Source of the DNA: Bdellovibrio sp.
GTDB lineage: Bacteria; Bdellovibrionota; Bdellovibrionia; Bdellovibrionales; Bdellovibrionaceae
Assembly (NCBI GenBank): GCA_036676395.1
Contig: JAKFCY010000002.1
Coordinates: 480,001 to 544,000, forward strand
DNA: 64,000 nt
Direction of reading: 5' to 3'
The notes below the pieces were generated by a model. The model did no database searches. It saw nothing but the letters and a program-made list of their open reading frames with translations, and had not been told where the DNA came from. Of this stretch, positions 29,277 to 39,635 are shown one piece after another. Numbering within the stretch: the first letter of the stretch is position 1; every line of letters starts with the position of its first letter. A program made the translations under genes and the position numbers.

Positions 29277-31097
29277 ATGCCTGCGTACTTTAAAAAAGTC
29301 TTTCTTAATTCAACCGGATCATTTTTACCAGGACCTGCCGTCAATAATGACGAAATGGATTCTTACATCGGTTCAATCAATACCCAGTCTAACCGAATCA
29401 AGCGCCGTATCTTAGCTGAAAATGGAATTAAATCACGTCACTACGGCATCGATAAAGAAGGCCGTACTATGTTTTCTTCTGCTGATATGGCAATCAAAGC
29501 GATCGAACATACTTTAGAAAATACCGGCGTAAAAATGGATGACGTTCAATTTTTAAGTACTGGCACCGTTGGTGCTGATATGGCCGCACCGGGTTTTGCG
29601 AATCTTGTGCAAGGGCAGTTGCGTGCAGCTCCAATGCAAACGATGAGTTTTCAAGGGATTTGTGCTTCGGGCGTAGCCGCTATGAAAGCTGCAGCTTCAG
29701 TTGTTGAGCTTGGTGAATTTGATAGATCAATGGCGGTAGCGACAGAGTTTCCGTCACGTTTATTTAAAGCATCTCGTTTTCAACAAGTTGAAGAAAACTT
29801 AGATTTTGATTCTCACTTTTTACGTTGGATGTTGTCTGATGGATCAGGTGCAGTGCTCATGGAAAATAAGCCGCGTGAGACGGGTATTTCATTAAAGCTA
29901 GATTGGATTCATTTAAAATCTTTCAGTGGTGATTACCCAACCTGTATGCAAATCGGTGCTCCATGGGGCAGTGGCAATAATAAAAGTTATTTAGATTATT
30001 CGTCATTAGCTGAAGCTGAAAAAGCTGGTTCATTTTTACTTCGCCAGGATATTCGCTTATTACCAAATTTATTTGATGTGGGTATCAGTGAATTTATTGA
30101 TTTAGTTTTAAAAAATGAAATTCAACCAAATGAAGTGGATCATTTCTTATGTCATTACTCTTCAGAGAGATTTTCTGGTGTTGTAAATACTTTGATGGAT
30201 AAAGCGGGTCTTCGCATTCCGCCAGAAAAATGGTTTAGCAACTTAACCAGTAAAGGCAATACAGGAGCTGCTTCAATTTTTATTATGCTTGATGAATTTA
30301 TGAAGACTAAAAAGCCTAAAATTGGTGAAAAGATTCTTTGTTTTATTCCTGAGTCTGGCCGCTTTACTGTTTCATTTATGTTGTTTGAAGTTATGGAAGA
30401 CGGAAAGTCTAAAAAAATTGAAAGACAAAAGCCAGAACGCAAATTAGTGGAAAACTTATTGTTAGAGCTAGGCAGTGTTTGGCACAGCTACCGCTCTAGT
30501 GTATTTCGCACAGAATTTGCGAATAAGATTTTTAATAATAATTTTTCTGTCGAAGATTACCAACAGTGGATGGAAAACTGGATTCCGCAGGTGCGCGAAG
30601 GTAGTATTTGGATGCGCACAGCGATTAAGAATTTATCGAATAAGTTTGAAGGCATTCAAGAATTAATTGAAGAGCATGCCGGCGAAGAGCAATTCGATTT
30701 TAAAGTATTATATGCCGATTACCAAAATTCAGGCGGAAAAAAAGATATTGACGATTTAAAGCGTAACCCAGGTGGCGAGGCTTTAAATAAATATATGTAC
30801 GAGCGCGCTAATGGCGTAAACCCGCTAGGGTTATTAGGTGGTATCTTTATCATTGAAGGAACAGGCCAAAAGATTATTCCGACGATGTTACCGTTCTTGA
30901 AAAAGAGCTTAAATTTGCAAATGAATGTCTTTAAGTTCTTAGAGTATCACGGTGAAAATGACGTGAAACATTTAGAACGTTGGGCAAATGCGGTTGAATT
31001 GGCTTTAACACTAGAGCCAGAAGCTTATCATGACATCTTAGCTACCGCTAAAGAAGTAGCTAGGCTTTACCACGCACAATGGGAGCAAGTACTATGA
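29277..31097 (+). CDS. StlD/DarB-like (FabH-type) ketosynthase fused to a heme-oxygenase-like diiron domain
   Basis: Cys-His-Asn triad (GICASG, CHYSS, GNTGAAS); FLRWMLSDGSGA; PESGRF. C-terminal ~210 aa has EEHAGEE, IIEGTG and YHGENDVKH. Confidence 0.85.
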   Translation: MPAYFKKVFLNSTGSFLPGPAVNNDEMDSYIGSINTQSNRIKRRILAENGIKSRHYGIDKEGRTMFSSADMAIKAIEHTLENTGVKMDDVQFLSTGTVGADMAAPGFANLVQGQLRAAPMQTMSFQGICASGVAAMKAAASVVELGEFDRSMAVATEFPSRLFKASRFQQVEENLDFDSHFLRWMLSDGSGAVLMENKPRETGISLKLDWIHLKSFSGDYPTCMQIGAPWGSGNNKSYLDYSSLAEAEKAGSFLLRQDIRLLPNLFDVGISEFIDLVLKNEIQPNEVDHFLCHYSSERFSGVVNTLMDKAGLRIPPEKWFSNLTSKGNTGAASIFIMLDEFMKTKKPKIGEKILCFIPESGRFTVSFMLFEVMEDGKSKKIERQKPERKLVENLLLELGSVWHSYRSSVFRTEFANKIFNNNFSVEDYQQWMENWIPQVREGSIWMRTAIKNLSNKFEGIQELIEEHAGEEQFDFKVLYADYQNSGGKKDIDDLKRNPGGEALNKYMYERANGVNPLGLLGGIFIIEGTGQKIIPTMLPFLKKSLNLQMNVFKFLEYHGENDVKHLERWANAVELALTLEPEAYHDILATAKEVARLYHAQWEQVL

Positions 31098-31987
31098 TAG
31101 AAACGAATGACATGTTTGCGAATATGCAGCATGACCCGGATGATCCAAGTCCGTGGCAGGCCATGTATTTAGATCAAAGCACGCCACTTCGTCCGTCTTC
31201 AAAAACAATGTGGCTGATCAATTCGAGTTCGAATTCGCGCCAGTTTGTTCTGCCATTCGCAAGATTTATTGCGAAAATTATGATTATTACTTTTCAGATT
31301 ATTAAAGCGTTATCGCCGATTGATTGGCGTGCTTCACGTTTGTTGCATCAATTAATTTATTGGGGCTTAAAATATTTTGTTAAAAAAGAAGCGAACTATC
31401 TTATTTTACGACATTTTCATGCTGGCTCTGAGCTTTTAGGATTTATCGCAGGCAATGTGCCTGGTGCAAATATTCCGATGAATCCTTTAAAGCCTAAAAA
31501 TTTAGAAGCCCTTAAAGATAATTTATTTTTAACCCATGATCTGAATTTATATAATTTTGTGATTAATTTAAATCGCGAACTTAGAGAGAAAAATTTAAAA
31601 ATTAAACCGATTGCTTCACCGAATTTTTCAATGGTCACTGAAGGTGAATTTGATATCGAGATGCCTAAAGAAGGTTTATTTAATTTTATTGATTTAGAAA
31701 CGGCGATTGAAATTTATACTCCGGTGTATCAGTTCTTTTTAACGGATAATGATTTTTGGCGTGCCACAAATTCATTGCAACTAGATGAAACGATCGGCCT
31801 TTATGGTTCGACGATTTTAGGTTCGGATAAACATTTGTTATTGGTAAATAATAAACATCCGTTAGTGTCGCTGATCACCTTAAGTGCTGGATTTCGATTA
31901 GTGCTACATGGTTTATCAACTGAGATGGGGCATTGGCTATTAGTATCGAAAAAACTTGAACAGCGCGAAAAAGAGAAAACGGCTTAG
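31094..31987 (+). CDS. Conserved hypothetical protein (recalled as DUF6999-like)
   Basis: ATGA overlap with the upstream gene; DPSPWQAMYLDQS, NYLILRHFH and NSLQLDE. Family name is from memory. Confidence 0.65.
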   Translation: MIETNDMFANMQHDPDDPSPWQAMYLDQSTPLRPSSKTMWLINSSSNSRQFVLPFARFIAKIMIITFQIIKALSPIDWRASRLLHQLIYWGLKYFVKKEANYLILRHFHAGSELLGFIAGNVPGANIPMNPLKPKNLEALKDNLFLTHDLNLYNFVINLNRELREKNLKIKPIASPNFSMVTEGEFDIEMPKEGLFNFIDLETAIEIYTPVYQFFLTDNDFWRATNSLQLDETIGLYGSTILGSDKHLLLVNNKHPLVSLITLSAGFRLVLHGLSTEMGHWLLVSKKLEQREKEKTA

Positions 31988-31990
31988 ATC

Positions 31991-32701
31991 ATGAATTTAG
32001 AACAATTTGTTTTACAACTGAATCACTGGCAATTTTTTTTAGTCAGCTTTATTGGCTTTTCAGTACTGTATTTTTCATTTTGTTCGATTTCATACTATCT
32101 ATTTTGCGTAAAAAGAATCTGGCCACGAGTTCAGGATAAAGAATTTCGTTCTGGACAAATTAAGACTGAAATTAAGAGATCGTTTTTGTCGATATTTATG
32201 TTTTCGTTACTGGCGATTTGGATGTGTGAGGGATTAAGACGGGGAGTTTACCGCTATGATTTTAATTTTTCGTTAAACACATTTTTAATTGAAGTTGTTG
32301 TGCTTTTTTTCTGGAATGAAATTTACTTTTACAGTTTTCACAGATTGTTTCATTTAAAATCATTATACAAATATCACGTCGATCATCATTATTCGTTCGT
32401 GCCGTCTCCTTTTTCAGCTTACAGTTTTCATTGGAGCGAAGGGGTTATCTTAGGAGCAGTCATGCCAGTGGTCATGCTGTTTCACGACTTTCAGTTTTAC
32501 GCAATTATGGTACTGCCGGCGATGAGTATTTCAATGAACGTGTTAGGGCATTCTAACATCGATTTTTTCCCGAAATCTGGTCAGGGCAGTTTGTTAAGTT
32601 TTTCGAAACGCCATAGTCTGCATCATAAAATTCCCCATTCAAATTTTGGATTTTTCTTACCCTGGTTTGACCAGGTTTTTGGGACCGTGGCCAAAGACTA
32701 A
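31991..32701 (+). CDS. Sterol desaturase / fatty acid hydroxylase family protein
   Basis: His boxes HRLFH, HVDHH and HSLHH; NFG..WFDQVFGT. Confidence 0.9.
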   Translation: MNLEQFVLQLNHWQFFLVSFIGFSVLYFSFCSISYYLFCVKRIWPRVQDKEFRSGQIKTEIKRSFLSIFMFSLLAIWMCEGLRRGVYRYDFNFSLNTFLIEVVVLFFWNEIYFYSFHRLFHLKSLYKYHVDHHYSFVPSPFSAYSFHWSEGVILGAVMPVVMLFHDFQFYAIMVLPAMSISMNVLGHSNIDFFPKSGQGSLLSFSKRHSLHHKIPHSNFGFFLPWFDQVFGTVAKD

Positions 32702-32795
32702 TGTTAGCCATTCTAGGCTCGGTGTAGATAACTTTGACAGTGTATTAGACTACGTAGCTGACGGGGTTGGAACGGCTTTAGCTATATAAAGCTTT

Positions 32796-34610
32796 ATGAA
32801 AAAACAACGCTCATTATCAATCGTATTAGCCGGTACTTTAGCTGTCTCATTTTTAGCTCCATTTTCTGCCAAGGCCCAAGTGGCTGCTGCTGAAGTTCAA
32901 GCGGCTGGCGAAGGTGTTATTACCAGCGAATTATTGGGTATTGAGATTCGGCAGTTTTCGAATCTTTTAGGGGTCGATGCAGAACTGGTTCAAACCGTTT
33001 TTAAAACTATTTCAATTGATACAAAATTAAAATTAAAAGAAATGGTCGCGATCTGGGCGTCACAAGGTTTATTGTTCAATCCAAGCTCACAATTAGGAAT
33101 TGTTAAGACTGGTGATAAATCTGAAATCTTTGATGTAGCTGAAAAGGATCTTTCACAAGTTGAAAATGACATTTTAGATTTATTGATCTCGCTTCATGGT
33201 GATAGTAAATTGGTGCCGTTTATTTCTTCTTTGATCGAAATCTTAAAACAAGATCCAAAGTATGGTCCAACGGTAAGTGCAGTAACTCCAGATCAAAAAT
33301 TAATGATCTTATCAATGTTAGATCAAACTATTTCTTCGACGGGTGCTTTGCGCAAATTTTCGCCTCAGACCTGGACGCAACTATCTGAGCAGTTGGAAAC
33401 TAAACTAAATCGCTTTGAGAAAAATCAAAAATCACAAACCAGACTTTCAAATCCGGTATTCTTAACAGAATTGTATGATGCAGCTAATTCAAAGTATTAC
33501 GCCACTCAGAACTCTAAATTATTAATCGATGGCCCAGCTTCTTTTGCTTTACGTGATCAAAAAATGAGTGAAGCTAAGCAAACGATCAATATGCTTACTT
33601 GGGCTGTGATCGATGATAAAACAGGTCAAGAGTTAGCTGATTTACTTATTGCTAAAGCTAAGAAAAATGTAAAAGTTCGTCTTATCGTAGATGGTCAGGT
33701 AAGTTATAAACCGCACTACAATCGTGAAGTTAAACGTATGGAAGAAAACGGCGTGCAGGTTATTCGCTGGATGAATCCAAAAGCTTCATTTATGGGTCAG
33801 CACCGTAAAATGTTAGTTATTGATGATAAGTTTGCAGTCATGGGCGGAATGAATCCAGGCGATACTTACAGCCATAAAGCCGGTGCAGGTAAAGACTTAT
33901 GGCGTGACACCGATGTGGCATTCGAAGGAACAGCTGCAGAGCAAGCGCAACGTTTATTCATGAAAATCTGGAATAAACAAATTTCTGACCGCAAGCTACC
34001 ACTTAAACAAATCACAATTGTAAACTATTTTACAACGGGAACTAATGACGGAAAAGCGATGCTTGTAGAGCATCAACCCATGTCTGCAGGTGATCAGCAT
34101 AATATTTTGTTAACGATAATGAAATCAATCCGTGGTGCGGAAAAAACTGTGGATATCGAGAATGCATATGTTATTACGTTTCCGTCATTAACATATGAAA
34201 TTAAAGAAGCCGTTGAGCGTGGTGTTAAAGTTAGAATTTTAACGAATTCAACAAACAGTGTGGATGAAAAAGTTGTGGCACTTCCAATCGTACGCAGTGC
34301 TAAAAAGCTTTTAGATGTAGGTGCAGAAGTTTACTTAAAAACAGGCAGCACATTACATTCTAAGTTTATGATTGTAGATCAACGTTTATTTTTAATCGGA
34401 AGTTATAACTTACACCCGAGATCTGAAAAGATGGAAGGTGAGACGATTGTTGTCTTTGATAATACAAAACTTGCATTAGAAGCAACAGCTGCTTTTGAAA
34501 ATGATATCCAGGCTGATAAAGCCATTAAAATGGATCCAGCTCAGGAAGTTATTATTCCGGTAACGGGTGAAACACTTTTACCATTGCGTATGTTTTACGA
34601 TCAGTTGTAA
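32796..34610 (+). CDS. Secreted phospholipase D / cardiolipin-synthase-like protein
   Basis: Signal peptide ending AKA; two HKD motifs (HRKMLVIDD, HSKFMIVD). Confidence 0.9.
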   Translation: MKKQRSLSIVLAGTLAVSFLAPFSAKAQVAAAEVQAAGEGVITSELLGIEIRQFSNLLGVDAELVQTVFKTISIDTKLKLKEMVAIWASQGLLFNPSSQLGIVKTGDKSEIFDVAEKDLSQVENDILDLLISLHGDSKLVPFISSLIEILKQDPKYGPTVSAVTPDQKLMILSMLDQTISSTGALRKFSPQTWTQLSEQLETKLNRFEKNQKSQTRLSNPVFLTELYDAANSKYYATQNSKLLIDGPASFALRDQKMSEAKQTINMLTWAVIDDKTGQELADLLIAKAKKNVKVRLIVDGQVSYKPHYNREVKRMEENGVQVIRWMNPKASFMGQHRKMLVIDDKFAVMGGMNPGDTYSHKAGAGKDLWRDTDVAFEGTAAEQAQRLFMKIWNKQISDRKLPLKQITIVNYFTTGTNDGKAMLVEHQPMSAGDQHNILLTIMKSIRGAEKTVDIENAYVITFPSLTYEIKEAVERGVKVRILTNSTNSVDEKVVALPIVRSAKKLLDVGAEVYLKTGSTLHSKFMIVDQRLFLIGSYNLHPRSEKMEGETIVVFDNTKLALEATAAFENDIQADKAIKMDPAQEVIIPVTGETLLPLRMFYDQL

Positions 34611-34626
34611 AAAAAAGGACATTGCT

Positions 34627-35358
34627 GTGAATGATGTTTTAATTTTTTTAGCCATTTTAGCTTTCGGAACTTTTAAATACGGTACTCTGATGGGTATTCC
34701 GTACTACATTTTTTGGAAAGTAAAACCAGCATGGTTAAATAATTTTAAAAAAATTCAAGTGCAAGAGCGGGCAAAACCGCAAGTCGCCTTAGAGATGAAA
34801 TATTCAAGCTATACACTAGTTATTCAGGCGATCTTTTTTTTCGGCATTTATAAATTGAACCAGCTTGGCTTTGTGCAGATCGTGGCTGAGCAGCCGTTAT
34901 GGAAAGATTTAGTCGCGCTGGGCATTTACGTCTTGATCTATGATCCATTCTTCTATGTGCTTCATCACATCATGCATAAGAATAAGTGGTTATATCGCAA
35001 TATTCACGTTGTGCATCACCGCTCACTTAATCCAACACCTTGGGCGACTTATTCGTTTCATCCCATTGAAGCAGCTGCAAACTTGTTATATTTTATTCCG
35101 TTTTTCTTTTTAACGAGTGTCAGTGTGCCAATGCTTTTGTTTATTTTGATCGTCACTGACTCGGCAAATTTAGCCGGCCATTTGGGATATGAAGTTTTCT
35201 CAGAGAAAGTGCAAAACAGCTGGTGGGGACGTTGGATCACGACGCCGACTCATCATAATATTCATCATCAGGTATCTAATTCGAATTTTGGCTTGTATTT
35301 CAATGGCTGGGATCTTTGGTTCAAGACCTTAAATGCAAAAGATAAGCGTAAAACTTAG
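34627..35358 (+). CDS. Sterol desaturase / fatty acid hydroxylase family protein
   Basis: His boxes HHIMH, HVVHH and HNIHH; GTG start at 34627 after aagga RBS. Confidence 0.9.
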   Translation: MNDVLIFLAILAFGTFKYGTLMGIPYYIFWKVKPAWLNNFKKIQVQERAKPQVALEMKYSSYTLVIQAIFFFGIYKLNQLGFVQIVAEQPLWKDLVALGIYVLIYDPFFYVLHHIMHKNKWLYRNIHVVHHRSLNPTPWATYSFHPIEAAANLLYFIPFFFLTSVSVPMLLFILIVTDSANLAGHLGYEVFSEKVQNSWWGRWITTPTHHNIHHQVSNSNFGLYFNGWDLWFKTLNAKDKRKT

Positions 35359-35501
35359 TTAATATAAGTGATTAGGGTTTGGAAGCCCAACGTTGCTTTG
35401 GCCATCACTGTGTCTTGCTCTGCGGCAAGCTGCTTCACTAAGTAAACTACAGTAAATGCGCCAACGTAAAATAAGAATAGTCTTTTTCTAAATTCAATCA
35501 T
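35355..35501 (-). CDS. Possible 48-aa membrane peptide (not in ORF track)
   Basis: MIEFRKRLFLFYVGAFTVVYLVKQLAAEQDTVMAKATLGFQTLITYIN; basic N-terminus plus hydrophobic helix; no clear RBS. Confidence 0.4.
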   Translation of the reverse strand: MIEFRKRLFLFYVGAFTVVYLVKQLAAEQDTVMAKATLGFQTLITYIN

Positions 35502-35604
35502 GGAGCGAAGATACCGCATTTTTGCCTATCGGAGAGAAAAATCTGAGGCTTGGTGAAAAGAATAAAAGGTTGTCAAAAATCTAGACAGGGCAGACAATAC
35601 GTCT

Positions 35605-36282
35605 ATGTCATCAGTCGTCGAAATCAAGAATATATCAAAGAGTTATAAATTAGGGGAAACCCATGTGGACGCCATCAAGGATTTGTCTTTAGTTGTGACT
35701 AAAGGGGAGTTTACGGCGCTTATCGGGGCATCGGGATCGGGCAAAACTACGCTTTTAAATTTAATTGGGTGTTTAGACAGTGTCGATCGCGGTGAGATTT
35801 TAATTGATGGCATGAACGTGAAGCGGCTTAACGAAAACCAAAAAAGCCAGCTGCGTAATGAAAAAATTGGTTTTATTTTTCAATCGTTTAATTTAATCCC
35901 TGTGTTAAATATTTATGAAAATGTTGAATTGCCATTAACCGTGCGTAAAGACATTCAAGCTGCAGAACGTAAAGCAAAAGTTGAAGCGGCTTTAAAAGAT
36001 GTAGGCCTTTTAGAATTTGCGCATCATCGTCCAGACCAACTATCAGGTGGACAACGTCAGCGCGTGGCCATAGCCAGAGCCTTGGTGACATCACCGGCCC
36101 TGATCTTAGCGGATGAGCCAACGGCAAACTTAGATTCAAAAACTGCCAATTTAATTATCGATTTAATGTTAGAATTAAATAAAACAAAACATGTGACTTT
36201 TTTCTTTTGCACCCATGATGAAAAATTAATGAGCCGTGTTCAAAAAATTGTAAAAATTAAAGATGGTCAGATCGAAGCATGA
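35605..36282 (+). CDS. ABC transporter ATP-binding protein (LolD/MacB-type)
   Basis: GASGSGKTT, LSGGQRQRVAIARAL and ADEPTANLD. Confidence 0.96.
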   Translation: MSSVVEIKNISKSYKLGETHVDAIKDLSLVVTKGEFTALIGASGSGKTTLLNLIGCLDSVDRGEILIDGMNVKRLNENQKSQLRNEKIGFIFQSFNLIPVLNIYENVELPLTVRKDIQAAERKAKVEAALKDVGLLEFAHHRPDQLSGGQRQRVAIARALVTSPALILADEPTANLDSKTANLIIDLMLELNKTKHVTFFFCTHDEKLMSRVQKIVKIKDGQIEA

Positions 36283-37598
36283 TTTGGAAATTTGCTTACA
36301 GAAATTTATTGCGCAATAAACGCCGATCATTATCGACCGGCGTAGCTATTTGCGTAGGCTTTGTAGGATTAAACTTACTAGGTGCTTATATTTACCGCGC
36401 TAAGATGGCCTTAGATACAACATCAATTTATTCGGCACAAAAAGGTCATGTCAGTATTTATAAAAAAGATTCTATTGAACAGTATCAAATTAAACCTAAA
36501 AAATATATTTTTAGCACCGAAGAGCAAAAGAAAATTGATCAGGTCTTAACAGAATTCACTTCTGAAGTTGAATATGTCGGAAAACAAATTTCTGTTCCGG
36601 GATTACTTTCAAATGGAACTAAATCTCATCCCGTAGTTATTTATGGTTTTGATCCTGTAGCCTTTAAAAAATCTTTAACTCAGCCAGCGCTATTAGAATG
36701 GGCTAAAGATTGGGTACTGCCTTCACAGCTTGAAGATGCCGACTTATTTTTAAAAAATCCTGAGACACTTTCGATCACGCCAAAAATTGCCGAGCTCTTA
36801 TCTTTTAAATATCCGTTAAAGAGCAATGAACCCGTGCAAATTGCAGCGCGCACTTTAGAAGGGGATTTAAACGCGATCAATGCAGATCTTGGTGCGGAAC
36901 ACACAACGGGCATGCAATTTCTTGAAGATACTATTGTATTGATTCCAATAGCTAAGGTTCAGGAGTTGTTGGCCACGGATGCGGTGGAAACAATTTCAGT
37001 TTATTTAAAACACGATGTTTCGGTGGATCGATTTATAAGCGAATTGAAAAGTAAGACAACGGCATTAGGCTTCGATACTGATATTTATAGATTTGATGAC
37101 CCTATCATTAATGCCATTCATTCGGGATCGATGGGTTTTTTATACGTTATGGGCGGATTTTTTCTATTTTTAATCTGCACGGCGGTGAGCCTTACGATTA
37201 TTAATTCTCTGACGATGGGGATTATTGAACGTACACGCGAAATTGGAACTTTGCGGGCCGTAGGATTTAAAAGTTTAGATGTCGTACAATTGTTTGTGCG
37301 CGAAAGTGTTTTGCTATCAGTGATCAGCATGTTTTTTGGAGTTTTGATTTCGTTTTTAGTTTCAAGTGCGATTAATGCTGCAAATATTCGGTTTTTTCCG
37401 CCTGGCGCCAGCACCATGATTCAATTTGTCTTAAAGTGGAATTTATATATTGCCGGGTTTGTTTTTATTTTGCTTTTTGTTATTGCCACAGTTTCATCAT
37501 TTTTTGTGATTAAGAGTAAATTGCGCACTAAATTAATTGCCTTACTTAATGACACATCAACTTTCGATGATGATAGCGAAGAAGAGGAATCACCATGA
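36279..37598 (+). CDS. ABC permease, FtsX/LolCE-like
   Basis: AYRNLLRNKRRS; ERTREIGTLRAVG; 1+3 TM topology. Confidence 0.92.
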   Translation: MIWKFAYRNLLRNKRRSLSTGVAICVGFVGLNLLGAYIYRAKMALDTTSIYSAQKGHVSIYKKDSIEQYQIKPKKYIFSTEEQKKIDQVLTEFTSEVEYVGKQISVPGLLSNGTKSHPVVIYGFDPVAFKKSLTQPALLEWAKDWVLPSQLEDADLFLKNPETLSITPKIAELLSFKYPLKSNEPVQIAARTLEGDLNAINADLGAEHTTGMQFLEDTIVLIPIAKVQELLATDAVETISVYLKHDVSVDRFISELKSKTTALGFDTDIYRFDDPIINAIHSGSMGFLYVMGGFFLFLICTAVSLTIINSLTMGIIERTREIGTLRAVGFKSLDVVQLFVRESVLLSVISMFFGVLISFLVSSAINAANIRFFPPGASTMIQFVLKWNLYIAGFVFILLFVIATVSSFFVIKSKLRTKLIALLNDTSTFDDDSEEEESP

Positions 37599-38317
37599 AA
37601 TTATTAATCTTATTATTAGCCATCCCGTTTTATGCTAATGCTGATTTAGCGACGGACTTGTTAAAAGCTTCAGATCGCGCCCGTGGCAGTGTAAAAGATG
37701 GCGTTCAGTGGAATGCTGTGATTGAAACCCAAGAAAACGGCGAAAGCAGTACACGTGAATTTAATATTAAAGCCAAAGGCGACGATGCTTATGTGGAATC
37801 GACAAAGCCTGCAAAAAACAAAGGCGAGATTTATATTTTTAATGATCGTAACATGTGGTTTTTTAAACCCTCACTTAAAAAGCCAATTTCAATTTCAGCC
37901 CGCCAAAAGCTAACAGGGCAAGCGGCTAACGGAGATATCGCTTCGACTCACTATGCACGCGATTACGCTGCTGTTATTGAAAAAACTGAGCTGTTAAATG
38001 GCGATAAAATGCACGTCTTATTATTAACAGCGAAATCTAAAAGTTTAACCTATGATAAAATCAGATACTGGATCAGTGATAAAACTAAATTAGCCATGAA
38101 GGCCGAATTTTTAACTTTGCAAGGTAAGCCCTTTAAAGTGGGACTCTTAAAGTACGGTAACACTTTAACTGCTGGCGGAGAAACCTTTCCGTTTATCAGT
38201 GAGCTAGTGATTGTGGATGCGAAGTTTGGCAATAACAAGAGCACGATCAATTACAAAACTCCTAAAGTGGTTCAGCTATCAAATTCGATTTTTAATGTGA
38301 ATAACCTAACGAGATAA
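37595..38317 (+). CDS. LolA-like outer-membrane lipoprotein-sorting family protein
   Basis: Signal peptide; NMWFFKPSLKKPISIS..QKLTG...GDIA; YDKIRYWI. Confidence 0.85.
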   Translation: MKLLILLLAIPFYANADLATDLLKASDRARGSVKDGVQWNAVIETQENGESSTREFNIKAKGDDAYVESTKPAKNKGEIYIFNDRNMWFFKPSLKKPISISARQKLTGQAANGDIASTHYARDYAAVIEKTELLNGDKMHVLLLTAKSKSLTYDKIRYWISDKTKLAMKAEFLTLQGKPFKVGLLKYGNTLTAGGETFPFISELVIVDAKFGNNKSTINYKTPKVVQLSNSIFNVNNLTR

Positions 38318-38321
38318 TTTA

Positions 38322-39635
38322 ATGATTCTAAAGATCGCTCTTCGCAACACTATAAAAAACTGGCGCCACTCGATTTCGGCGTTATTAAGCTTATCGGCTT
38401 CGTTTGTGTCGCTTGTGCTATTTGATGGTTATATGGACGATGTTAAAGCCATGTATATTGATAATTTTACTCACCGTCAGATGTTGGGTGATATTATTAT
38501 TGAACACAAAGACCAGTATTCAAAAGAAGGCATTAGTTCTCCGTGGGAATTTTGGATCAGCAAAGAAGATCAAATTTACATTCAGCAAAAAGTAACTGCT
38601 AAGCCGATTAAGGCTGAAATCGTTATTCGCAATTTAAATTTTCAAGGAATGATCACTAACGGCATTCAATCGCAGATTTTATTAGGACGTGGTTATGATC
38701 CTCTTGAAGGTGAAAAAATGCGCGGTAAAAATTGGTCATGGAATGTGACCTATGGAACACCACTGGATCGCCAAGAAAGTGCGTTCACGGGAGCTTTAGG
38801 ACAAGGTTTGGCCAGAAAGCTTGCCTGCACATGGACAAAAGATCCTAACGTTATGACTTTTTACGGTGGTTATGAACAAGTTGCTAAACCATTTGAGTGT
38901 CTGACCAAAGATTTACAAATTTCATCAACAACGGTGGATGGTCAATTAAATGCAATTGATATTACAGCGGTTGCGCTAATGGATGCGGGTTATAAGGACG
39001 TTGATGATCGCTATATTCAGACATCTCTTGAAGCTGCGCAAACTTTAATGAACACTGATAAGGTGAGTTTTATTTCAATTTCAACGGCAGGTCGGTCTGT
39101 GGATGAAGCGATTGATTACCTGAACACTGATGTTTTTAAAGATAAAAAGTATTTACAGGCCCAGCGTTGGCAAAATCACCGTCTAGGTGAGATGTACACG
39201 AAGACGATGGATTTTTTATCGATCTTTAGAAATTTTGTGGTCGTTGTCATTGTGTTGGTTTCAACATTATCGGTGTTAAACACGATGGTGAAGCTTGTGA
39301 AAGAACGCACACGTGAAATCGGAACTATGCGAAGCATTGGTTTTTTACCACAGCAAGTGGTGAAGATGTTCTTTCTGGAAAGCGTATTTTTATCAGTAAT
39401 GGGAACAGCTGTCGGAGCAGTGATAGCGCTAGGGCTTACGTTCATTTTTAATTCAGTTAAAATAATGTATAAAGCAGGGCTTCTGTCAGAGCCAGTAGCA
39501 TTTCGAATCGCATTTTATCCCGATGCTTATATAGCTGCTTTTATTCTATTAGTATCTGTAGGAACAGTGGCAACTTATTTTGCTACAAGACAAATTATTA
39601 AAAGTAAGATTATTGATAACTTAACGTATGTGTAA
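38322..39635 (+). CDS. ABC permease, FtsX/LolCE-like
   Basis: ALRNTIKNWRHS; ERTREIGTMRSIG. Confidence 0.92.
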   Translation: MILKIALRNTIKNWRHSISALLSLSASFVSLVLFDGYMDDVKAMYIDNFTHRQMLGDIIIEHKDQYSKEGISSPWEFWISKEDQIYIQQKVTAKPIKAEIVIRNLNFQGMITNGIQSQILLGRGYDPLEGEKMRGKNWSWNVTYGTPLDRQESAFTGALGQGLARKLACTWTKDPNVMTFYGGYEQVAKPFECLTKDLQISSTTVDGQLNAIDITAVALMDAGYKDVDDRYIQTSLEAAQTLMNTDKVSFISISTAGRSVDEAIDYLNTDVFKDKKYLQAQRWQNHRLGEMYTKTMDFLSIFRNFVVVVIVLVSTLSVLNTMVKLVKERTREIGTMRSIGFLPQQVVKMFFLESVFLSVMGTAVGAVIALGLTFIFNSVKIMYKAGLLSEPVAFRIAFYPDAYIAAFILLVSVGTVATYFATRQIIKSKIIDNLTYV

